This document shows, piece after piece, positions 1 to 10,819 of a stretch of 64,000 nt of DNA (positions within the stretch are counted from its first letter, which is position 1; each line of letters opens with the position of its first letter). The position numbers and the translations under genes are program-made. This DNA is from Entomortierella parvispora E1425 (taxonomy: Eukaryota; Fungi; Mortierellomycota). The stretch spans positions 930,001-994,000 of the forward strand of contig BQFW01000013.1 in the NCBI GenBank assembly GCA_020891255.1, in the 5' to 3' direction. The notes under the pieces were generated by a model. That model had not been told where the DNA came from. It saw only the letters and a list, made by a program, of their open reading frames with translations, and ran no database searches.

Positions 1-3000
1 GGAATAGAGATGGGTGCCGTACTGGAGGCTCCAGTGGAGTGACGATTGGAGGATTGTCCTGTTAGAGGTACGTGTGTGCTCGACGAGCCGGTCTCGTCAG
101 GAAGTTCAGCCACGATATGTCCATGAGACGCGAGTCGGTCCTTCAATGCCTGGGATGACGATCCAACAGGGGTCGAGCTCGAGCCAGAGGCCGTGGTTGT
201 CGTTGTGGCCAGGCTAGCCTGACTCTCGCCGAGTCCCTGACCTGTGGTAGGGTGCATCAGGCTCAACAACGAAGGGTTGCTAACGGAACTAGGGATTGTT
301 CCAGGAGACGCAGCAGAGGCACAAGTTCCAGAAGTGGATCCTTTCCGTTCATGGGATGACTGAAGCTCAGAGACGGTCTCCTCCTTGTGCGTCGATAGTT
401 GCGTTCCAGCTTCCTCGTCGCGGTGTCGCCTGCGGTCCGATTCACGCTCCTTGTCTCGACGGTCCTTGGAGCGTTCACGCTCATGTCTCGAGGAGCTAGA
501 GGACTCTCCCAAAGCAGAAGTAGAGGAATGGTGGCGCAATTTGCTACTACTGCCCTCTCGTGCGCTACTCGAGTGGTAGGAGGATGAGGACTTTCCATGA
601 CCATGACCATGGCCATGACTGTGATGTGCTGACCAACTTGTAGCCTCCAAAAGATAGTACTTGATACCCTCGGCCAACCCAAAAGGATTATGGGATGACA
701 CTTCGCTAGAGGAAGACGATTCTCCTTCGGTCTGAGATTGCGAGGGCGCGTGGCGCTTGTCAACAACAGCCTCTGTAATAGAAGTAATCCTGGCCACAAT
801 CCATTCGCGCCTCTGAAGCTGGGTTGCCATCTGAGGTGTCATCTGCAAAAAGTAGTGTGGGCAGTTGATGTTGAAAGCAGCCCAAGGTTTCGAGGCCGAG
901 TTTCGCGTTGGCAAGAATAAAGTCAGGTCATCGACCTTAAAGTTCCTGAACGCAATCTTCTCGTGTGCCTCTGTCCAAGCTCGGTTGTACTTTTCCTTGA
1001 GGTTCTTGCACTCTCGTTGCCAGCGTTTCAGCAAATGTTCCGTATCCATGAGTTTCTTTTTGACAAGAGAGGTGGCCTTGGTGACATCCAGATCTGAAAA
1101 GTCAAAAGTTTGCAAGATCTCGGTGGAGAGTGGGATCGTTGTGCTGGAGCTTCTGCTGGAGCTGCCACTCGAGCCACCGGTCGTGGTAACGATGGAGGAG
1201 CCCATCTGAGCGGTAGTAGGGGTTGGTGTCAGCAATTCGCTTCTAGACATTGAGCGCTTCTCAGAATTATCCAAGAGGACTGAAGAGGTGGGTGACAGCA
1301 CGTCCGACAAATCATCAGCTTTGGACAATGTTGGCAGAGGGATACCAAGTTCGAGTGCGAGGGTACCCAACAAAATACGGTCCTCGCGGCTAAAAGTCTC
1401 TGAGGATCCCAAAGTCAAAGGTGCTGGCTGTCGCGAAGGCGGCACAGGCGTCGCAGGCGAGCAGGTCGAGAGGTCGGGCGATCCTGACTTGGGAGTGCTG
1501 GAGACAGGAACAGGAATGGCGGAGGCGCGTTGCTGGACCTTCATACTATCCATTTCCTCTTTCAATCGATCAATGGTAGACTGCAGTTGCAATTTGACTG
1601 CGTCGGCCTGAGAGTCGGCTTTCTGCAGCGATTCCTTAAGCGTGGAGATGGTCTGCTCAAGGATATCCTTGCTACTATCGTGCTCCTTGGTCAATTCGGC
1701 CAACTGCCTCTCGCTGTTAGCCTGCGCAAGGGCATGATCTGCATCGTGCTTTTCAACAAGGCTCTGGATGGAGCGACTGATATCCTGGATCCGTTCGCGC
1801 ACCCAGCTCAAGTCTGTAGGTTCGGGGTCCTCCTTTGGAGACTCTTTTCCGAGTGCCACGATGCAATCGCGGATTGGCTTTGCAAGGGCCTTGGTGGCAC
1901 GCACGGTCTGCTCCAAGAGTCTGGACTTTTCCTTCCAATCTTCCTCTGCGCGTCGAACCATTGTCTTGGCATCTTCCAGGCGCAGGTTGACGTCTGTCTT
2001 GTATGCCTCGCGCTGCGCCTCCAACTCAGAAACTTGCTGCCGGAGAGTAGAAACCTGCTGCGCCAGCTCGTCCTGGGCCTGTGTCGTCTCAGAATGACTC
2101 TTTGTCAACTGGTCGTGCTCCTTTTGTAGTTGATCATGCACCTCCTGCAGCGCCTTGTGCTCCTCCTTGGTTTGCTTCTCAGCTTCCTGGGCCGCAACAA
2201 CTTTGGACTCTTGATCGTTGAGTTGGGCTAAAATATCTGTGTGGACTGCACGGTGTGACTCGAGTTGGCGTTCCTGCTCCAATGCACGCGCTGTGACCTC
2301 TTCGTGTTCTGTTGCATGATTCTCGAGCTCTTCTTCCAGCTCAAGAACCTTGTTTTGAAGCTCCTCATTCACCACTGCCAGCTCATTCTCCAGCTCTATG
2401 GCTCTTTCATTCGCTTCGTCCGCAGTTCTCCTAGCTTCTGCCAATTGACCTTCCAGAATCTCTTTTTCCAGTCCGAGTTGATTGCTCAATTCCTCAATCC
2501 GGTCCTTGAACGCTTTCGTTTCCACGGCCTGGATTTGGGTTTCGTTCTCGTGATGCTGAATCAGATGTTCACATTTCAGGGTCATACGCTGCAATTCCTC
2601 GTCCAGCTCAATCACACGCTTCGCAGAGGCCGAATCTGATGCATTGATATTTGACTCTCCTTCCAATGTTGCCGACTGCAGTTTCAACTCTAGTAGTTCT
2701 TGTCGGAGCTATGTCAAAACAAGTAAAAAAAAAAAAAGAGCATCATATTAAACATAATTTTCAAAGGATTTTTCGAGGTGTTTGTAAATAAAATCTGCCA
2801 ATCTTACCTCATCGTTGGTTGCGAGTGCCTGTTGGCTGATCGTATACTCGTTACGGAGTTTGCCCTCAGTTTCTTCCAGCTTATGTGAAAGATCTTCCAG
2901 ATCCTGCTCCAAAGCCACAAGCCTCTCCTCATCGCGGCGTCTCTCCTGCTCCTTTGCTTGGGATTGACTTCTTGCTGCCTGGATATCCTCGGGAGCCTTC

Positions 3001-6000
3001 CATGGCTGGTCAGAGCTGGGCGAACCAGGGGTTTGTCGCAAGTCCTTACTTGAGGAAGAAGAAGCGTCCGCTCCAGTTCCAGCGCGGAAGTTTTGGTACA
3101 ACGTTTCCTCGAGCGACCGAATCCTAGTCTCGTACGCCTTGATCTTGGATGAGAGTTCTGTGTTCTCCTTCGACAGTTTTTGGTTTTGCTGAAACTGCTG
3201 TTGAAGAATCTGATGCTGCTCATCAGAGTCAAGACGTTGTCCAATAGGTGTTGAGCTGTTACCTCGTGAAGGCTGGCGATTCAGTTTGGGAGAGACGGGC
3301 TGGTTGACAGACATTCCTCCTGCAGCAACAGTGGAGGCGGATCCAACGCCGGCAGAGCTCGCACCTACTCCTCCAATGGGCGTACTTTGTCGAGGGAAAG
3401 GGTTCTGTGCTTGCTGAGGGGTTCCGGATCGTTGCTGCACATCCACGCGCGACATGTCGGACCGAAGTCGTGCATTGTCTTCCTCCAGGCGCTGAATCCG
3501 CTCCGTGAGAAAGCTCTTTTCCAATATCCGTTCAAATTCACCTCCCATGACATCCATCTGCGTTGTCATCTTGGCAAGAGTGACCCTAAGTTTCGACAGT
3601 GCATCCTGATTGGTCTCTTGTCCACTGTTAATGGAACTTGCACCAGTACTGGACTCACCAACACCCATGACATTACTCTCGGTGCCATCCTGTCCGCCAA
3701 TGCCCACGCTGAGCTGCTGGACAAGTCGCTCAAATTCTGCAACGTGTTCCCGTGTGAATGGAGGAAGTCGATCCTTGGTATTTAGGGCATTGATCTCACA
3801 GAAAGGGGGGACGTCGTCCAGTCCAGGGACCACGACAGGGACAAACTTTGCAACTTCGGACCGGAAGGAATCACGCCGGCGCTGCTCCATTTGTCGGAAT
3901 CGTGACATGACCTCGGCCAGTTGCTGGGACTTTGTAAGAAGGAGCTTTGAGTACTCGCGTCGGCGAACAATCTCGACTACCAGTGCCCCATAGGCAATAG
4001 GAATTCGTTGAACATAAACAAGCTGACTGAAATCAGCATCCCGTTTCCGAAGAGAGTCGTCCAGATGCCCGAGGCTGGGTGGTATACTGGCAATCGTAGA
4101 CTGCAATTTTGAAATGTGCATCAACTGTGAGATCAAATTGGCGGTCTGCGATCGTTTGGCCGAGATGAATATGCCCAACTTATTGCGAAGCATTTCGTCC
4201 GCTTGATGAGAGGACTCCATGTAATCGGTCACATAGACGTTGGCCAATTTTCCAAGTGCGTCAACTGTTGATGCTGCAGCCGAGAGTCCAGCTGCTCTGA
4301 AGATCTCAGTCAGACGCTCCTTGATACGCGTTTGATCTGAAATGCATTCAAATAAAATGGTTGGTCAGTGCGCTCACTCTGGGCCCCTATAGTGCCTAAA
4401 ACTGCATTTTTGTCCAGCTACATACCTCGTTCTACACGGTGCCGTATTTCACTTTGTTGCTCCACTGTCTGAAGAATGTCTGACATGGCGTCTTCTAATT
4501 GCTCCAAACTATGCAGAAAAAGCAAAAGGCAGAGATTAGTACTTGCTTTGACAGATGATCCGCAGTTCAGTTTTCGCCCACTTACTTGATGCCGCTGTTG
4601 CTGCGGATAGCAAGTGTTCCCTCCTGGACTTCCTTGATGGATTTTGACAATTCTCGCCCGTCGCGCATGAGGCCATCATGAATTTCTCGACAACGCTCTG
4701 CCCATAGCACAAGCTTGTCCGTTGGTATAAAATCGGAAATGTAACGATCCGGTGAGTCGGTAGGAAGAAGAGCTGGGTGAACTTTGATCTGTCGTAGTGC
4801 TTCAATATCTCGAGGAAATCTATTCGAAAGAGGTAAAACATAAATGGTCAACGAAAGGCCACTTTTGAGGGTAAAACTTCATAAGGGAAAGTATTTTCCA
4901 CTTACGATTGAAGCAAGCGCGCTTGTTTGGTCAGATCCTTGGTGGCGAATGTGTTGAACTTTTCAAAGGTTTCAAGCACAGATCTATGTGAAAGAAGGGT
5001 GGGCACAGATTAGATGGCATTTCCACACAAGCAAGGTAGCAAGGTGCAAATCCAATATTTTGGCCGCTTTCTAAAAACCATACCGACTGTGTGCATCCAG
5101 ATTGGTAAGAGCCACCTGGACAGCAAGAGACTGCATCCTCAATTCTTCCATGATCCGTTCACAAACACCAGCGTGAGCAACAATCGCTTTGTAGCAGGCC
5201 ATGATATGGTCGACATACGCCTCAAACGTCCTATGGAATTGGTTGCCCCATTCCCGTGCTGCAGTGGGAGACTCTGGCCGATTGGGAACAGATACAGCTT
5301 GAAGTTGTGCCGGTGAAAGTGATGGGATAGGTGGCTCTGTCTTTGCTTGCTCTGTAAGAGTCAGTATACTACTCGAAATGTCGGTGGTGAGGACCTCTCG
5401 GTTATAGACCATGATTGTATATTCGCTCTATCATAGACAAGGGAAGGGAGGGGGACGGTTAGCTTTGTGGTTGTGTATGCATCCTTTGTCCCCGGGCCAC
5501 GTATATCGATCGACTGCAAGGGTCCTTGGGGTTGACACCACAGTGAAATGAACCATAATGAACAAAGTGGACACAACAAAGACTCAGGGGCGGATGATGT
5601 GCGCGTGTTCAATTTTGTAGTCATAGTTCAAAGAAAATTCTCCGCCAGACTTTTGTGCAGGTAGAGAGTGTGGCGAATGTACGAAATGGACCAAGGATTG
5701 CAGAGAGACACAAAGGGGAGGGAGGACGATGGCGCTGTGTGCGTGAGGGGGATAGGAATCACGACTGGGTAGGCACGGAGAGGAGAAGAATGGAGGAGGA
5801 TTGCAGCTCTCTTTTTTCATATTAAAATTATCGCATGACCTGCCAGATAACGATTGGATCGGGAATGGAGCATGTTGTTCGTACCTTGCCCGTGGATGTG
5901 ATGGCCTCGAACATCATGTCTGGCTTAAGCTGCAGTCCTTGAGAGGTCATCAGAATTTGGGAGCCCTGGGGAATTCGAGTGGACTTTTCAATTGCCAAGC

Positions 6001-6551
6001 GCAAAGTGTCGAGACTATGGAGGAGCGCAGAGTCGCAGAACAGCTTGTTAGTTATCAGCGAGGGATGATACGTTTCCACTGAGGCAGGGAGATAGCGTGC
6101 TTCCACCACGAAAGTAGCAAAGCAAGGACAGCGTCATGCTACTGTTTTCTTGCTTTGCTTTTCCCGCCTGGCCGCACTCTTGTTCTGCATAAGATCCCGT
6201 CATGCTTTGAGAATGGGCGAAATCGTCTTTTTTTAAAAGCAGTCGATTTGCTGGTTTGACTGAAACTGATTGCGTGAAGGGGGTACGTGCTCGTGTAGAG
6301 AGAGATAACAGGAAGACGACTCCTTGTCGAGGTGCAAAAAGCAAAAGAAAAAGAATGGGCAATGGTGGCAACACAAAAGAAAATAAAATAAGGGCACTGG
6401 GCACGAAGGATTGAAGCATGAAGAGCCAGCAAGAGAACAAAAGTTTGCAGTGAGTAAAGTTCCATGAGGTGGTTTTCGATCCTTACCCGTCATTGGGCCG
6501 CAGCTGGGGTATCAGCACGCGCTTGCCCGTCTCTGCTCGATAGAGCTTCAT
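1..6551 (-). CDS. ATG11: Autophagy-related protein 11 (Atg11/RB1CC1-like coiled-coil scaffold), multi-exon, 3' end runs off the window
   Basis: Exon 1 is 6551-6487 (MKLYRAETGKRVLIPQLRPNDG, then GTAAGG), splicing to LDTLRLAIEKSTRIPQGSQILMTSQGLQLK. Long coiled-coil middle region. C-terminal ATG11 domain EKIAFRNFKVDDLTLFLPTRNSASKPWAAFNINCPHYFL at about 965-845. Confidence 0.92.
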
Positions 6552-7587
6552 GTGGCAAACGTGGTCGTCACAGAAGTTGTGTCGGTGGCGGTCCTCCTAG
6601 GACGAGGGCAAAGTCGAGAGGGGGATGAAATGCAGAGGGCGAAGTCACAAGAGGGGTAACAAGAGAGGAAGGAAGGAAGAAAGGGATGTCGCACAGTCTT
6701 TTCTGGACTGACGGACACGGGCAGTTGTCGATAAGGTGAAAGCGTGGAGGACGGACGGACAGACTGGATGGCTGGCTGGTTGGACGGAGGCAGGGGTTGG
6801 CAGGGGAGGGTCAGTTCGGAATACGTTGCTCGGGAAGAGTGGAAGAGGGGCTGGTGGATGGGGTGGATGGACCGGGTGCTCGGGGTGGAAAGAAAAAGGA
6901 AAAAGAGGAGAGGGAGGCAAAGGCAAAAGGAGTGCAAAGACCAGCAATGTGGAAACAAACGGGTGTTTCCAGTGGGAATGTAATGGGAGTGGAGTGGACG
7001 AGGAATGGGCAAGCTGTTGTTTTCTTTTTTTTTTTTCTTTTTTGTTTCTTTTTTGTTTCTTTTTCTTTTTCGTTTGTGTGCGTGGAGTGTCAAGCAAGAA
7101 AGAAAGAAAGAAAGAGAAAGAGAGCCAAGGAAGGAGAGGTAGGTTTGGTCAAAGAAGCAAGGAGAAAAGGAGCCGTGCGATGCTGTGCTCGATGGACAGG
7201 CCAGGCGGATGGAAGATGGGCAAAAGGGAAAAGGGAGGACCGCGCTGCTGCGTGTGCGTACGTGTGCGTGCGTGTCTCTTTGAGAGGAGAGAAGAGGAGA
7301 GAGGATGGCAAGGGTTGTTTAGAGAGAAGGATGTATGGAGAAGAAGAGAAGAAGAAGAAGAGAAGAAACAAAAAGAGAGAGAGAGAGACAACTCAAGAAC
7401 GGACACGACTGCGGTCGCGTGCAAAGTGCGTGTCGGTCTGCCCCCGATGGCGCGGTAGGTCAAATGGACTCGCCCAAAGGAAACAGCGGCAACGGGGTCG
7501 GGGCATTCTCAAAGGGGCCCGACTCACCCCTTCTTCTGTTCAATTGGCCATCCATCCACCTTTTGTTTCTGCCAATTGTCATTCATC

Positions 7588-7609
7588 CATGCATGCATGC
7601 ATGCATGCA
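7588..7609. repeat. (CATG)5 self-complementary alternating purine/pyrimidine repeat in the ATG11/PPTase divergent intergenic region
   Basis: catgcatgcatgcatgcatgca read directly; a further gcatgcatg at about 7668. Confidence 0.9.
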
Positions 7610-7762
7610 GCCCAGAGAATGTGATCACTTTTGAGTTCAAGTAAAGGACAGTCACACATCCCTCTTGCATGCATGTGCTTCCTCTGAAAAGGGAATTTCA
7701 GCCAGTGTCAACAATGGACCCCTTCCCTTCTTTTTCATGTCCATCCCTCCTTCAACGACTGA

Positions 7763-8470
7763 ATGATCCTGGGCATCGGCGTCGACATCCTACACCTGCC
7801 CCGGTTCCAGCGTCTTTTTCGATTACGACCTGAGCGGCTCATCACCCGGATCCTGACCAAATCCGAGCAGGACGAATTCTTTACTATCCAAGCACGCATC
7901 AGAGCCCGAGACGCTCCTGCTGTGGTGGCTGCTGCTCCTACTGACAAAACCGTTGAGGCTCTGTCCTCCTCCTCTTCCTCATCGCAATCACCGTCCTCCT
8001 CAGCCTCCACTGCAAACGTCTCGGCAGTAAAGATAGACAATGAACCAACCTCTGCAGGAACAGGATTTGCATCAGCCTCGCCTTCCTCTTTGTCAAAGAA
8101 CCCAGCCGTGACCAAAATCGATCTGAATGATGAATTGCTTCGGTACTTGGCCTCTCGATGGGCTCTGAAAGAGGCTTCGTTCAAGGCCTTATACCCCCAC
8201 CACACCCTCACCTGGCAGGATGTGACGATTGTCAAGGAGAATGGCAAGTCGTGATTTAAACTGCCCATTGCTAGGATCTCATCTGATAACCATCATCGCC
8301 CTTCCTATAGCCCCTCTCAATATTAACGATGCAAAATGTTGGATCCTGTCGATACATTAGGCAAACCATGTGTCAGAGTGGCCGAAAACTTTGGTGTTGG
8401 AAAGACACATGCCACTGTCTCTCATGATGGTGAATACTTGATCGGGCAGGTACTCTTTGAGTCACCGTGA
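7763..8470 (+). CDS. PPT2: AcpS-type 4'-phosphopantetheinyl transferase (holo-ACP synthase, mitochondrial Ppt2/PptB-like), 2 exons
   Basis: MILGIGVDI at the N-terminus, YLASRWALKEASFKAL motif, and exon 2 from 8361 GKPCV...THATVSHDGEYLIGQV ending at TGA 8470. Confidence 0.88.
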
Positions 8471-8750
8471 GGACCAGTTTTTTTTCTTTTCCGCGTGATC
8501 AAGAAAGAGTATGCATCGTCCGACCAGCTCTCTGTTATTTCTTGGACGAAAGGCGAGTGACTTTTTTTTTTTTTTCGAAAAAAGCGTGTGGCTATCAATC
8601 CATAGGACAGACTAAACTGCCTGACACGAGCAGTTGGTTGTAGCATTTTGTCCGCACCTTCATCCTCCCGATAACCCAGTTGCAATAAATGTCCTGTTTA
8701 TTTCAATGTTTCCCCATGGTATATAGCAAACGCGTTGGTAGTCTGCGATT

Positions 8751-9904
8751 CTAATCCAACTTTTTGGCATCCTTCTTGGCCCTGGTTGCAGCCTCTCTTT
8801 GCTTCTTCTTCTCCAGAGTCAACTCACGGGATCCTGAGGTGCCATGAAGCCAATCCAGTACGCCAACGGGACCATAGTTTTTGTTGAAGACCTCGTGGTG
8901 GTAGTCATGTGCCAAGGGGGAAGGGAACAATGGCAAGTGGAATCCACAGTGGGAGTTGATTGCGTTCGTTTGGGCTAAAAGATGAAGAGGGAGGGGTGTG
9001 TTTAATACAAGGAAACGACAAAGAGGTGCTCATGGGTTCAACAAACCACTTACCAATGGTGATCCAGAGCCAGAGGATCAAGACGTGGGACTTCATGACA
9101 ACAGGACCGAGCAACAAAGGTGCGAGGTTGCACATGAAGTGCTCCAATGGGTGGCAGTAGATGGCTAACGATAAAGAGGAAAAAAACATAAGTGAGATGA
9201 TCAAGGTCATTTTTGCGCCAAGGATCCTATCCATCCCACGACTTCTTCTTACCTGCAATACCGATGGGGGCGGTGTAGAGATGGTGCTGCTTATGGATTC
9301 TCTTGTAGAACTTTGGGTGGTGCAACAGACGATGACCATAGTAAAATCCAACCTCCTCAATAAACAAAAAGCCGATGGATTGCTTGGCCAGATCCCAGAC
9401 CGTGGGCAACTCCATGCCCATCGGGTTGCCTCTCCATTCCAACAACTTGTACAACAAGAAACCTGTGGGCACACCTACCAAGAACTGGTTCTGGAGGACC
9501 ACCCACAAGGCCTTGGTGTACCACTCCCAGGTCGGGACCTTGAGCGGTTGGATCTTGTAACGCCAAAATGATTTCGGGAACTGGTACAGATCCAAAACGG
9601 CCAAGAGGGAGACCCAGAACCAGAAACCGACTTCGGACACGATAAAGGTTCCTCCGAGGATAATGACTGGTTTCGGGTATGTGGCCAGGATATGGGACCA
9701 GAAGCGTTCGCCGTAGAAATGGAGAAGGGTAAAGAAGGTGCCGATCAGGACAGAGTAGAAAAAGACATCGCCGATCTCAAAGGGGGCCTTGTGGTGCGAT
9801 ACAACGGGACCCCATTCATCTTCGACGGGCTTTTGGTCGCTATAAGGGTCTTGCTGATCTTGGTCGGGATCTTCATGCTTGAGCTCGGAATTGGCTTTGG
9901 ACAT
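8751..9904 (-). CDS. Fatty acid hydroxylase / sterol desaturase superfamily protein (FAXDC2-like), multi-exon
   Basis: Three His boxes (HRLLHH, HKQHH, HDYHH), YCHPLEHFMCN and NYGPVGVLDWLHGT motifs, several transmembrane segments; ATG TCC AAA at 9904. Confidence 0.88.
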
Positions 9905-10819
9905 TGTGTGAATGAAGAGATGTGGAGAATGAGAAGAAGGATGGAGCGAGCAAACAAAAAACAAAAAAAAATGAAAAATAGAGTCGAGTGGCACAAAGGT
10001 GCTTGGTATTTAAAGTAGCGACGTCCAGTTGTGGAGAAGATGCAACTATGCGGGCCGAACACGCGAGGGCGGAAGAGAACTGTGGGAGAAAGGAAGAGGA
10101 TCCAATGCTGGAAAGAGGGTGCTTGATGCAGTGCCACCCAGCCAGAGACGCGCTTGGATTCTGCTTCTTTTGGTCGTTGTTGATTTGTAAGGATGATTTC
10201 CTGTTCTGGACAGCGCGCTCGCTCTCACATGCGGACTCCTAAACCTGCCACGCCTCTGTGCCTCTGTGCCTCTGTGCCTCTCTCCTTTCCCCACATGCAC
10301 CCTTCAGGGCCATACCTGTACTTTCCTTCTCCACCTGTGCTTGCAGTGCTCTTTTGGGTCTGCATTCCTTAGATCTGGCGCCACTTTTTCATTGTTTTTT
10401 TTTCTTCTTTTATTCTCCACCTCCGTCTAGGGAACGATTGGTCAGAGAACCCGTGTGGCAAGCCGAATATGGGCAACCAGTATGACAAACCAATCCCTCT
10501 GCTTCTAAAGAGGCAAGGCCCTGCTATGCATCTCGTCATTTGTTTTCGGCTGTTCTCAACTGTTGCGTGCCACGATCTTCACCTTTCTTTGCCCTCAATC
10601 TCTAGTCTCTCTTGCCTTGCTCATGTTCAGCTCATTTGGCTTGGCGTGTTGGCTCATAATTGAGGAAACAGATGACATTGGTAAGAGAGGGGTCCCAGGA
10701 TGTTTCGCTTCGACTTCATGGATCCTTTCCTTCCCCGAACCGATCCGATCTAGGAACTGGTAGACAACATCAAGTGATTGGAACGACGCGACTGTAGAAA
10801 TCGAGTAAATACATGATAT

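Noticed and set aside
5828-7634. Many overlapping ORFs (including 6048-6440, 6736-7458, 6797-7624) and an apparent uORF MTLSLLCYF...
   Set aside because: These result from stop-poor GA/CT-rich sequence. The apparent uORF lies inside ATG11 intron 1 once the true exon 1 at 6551-6487 is recognised.
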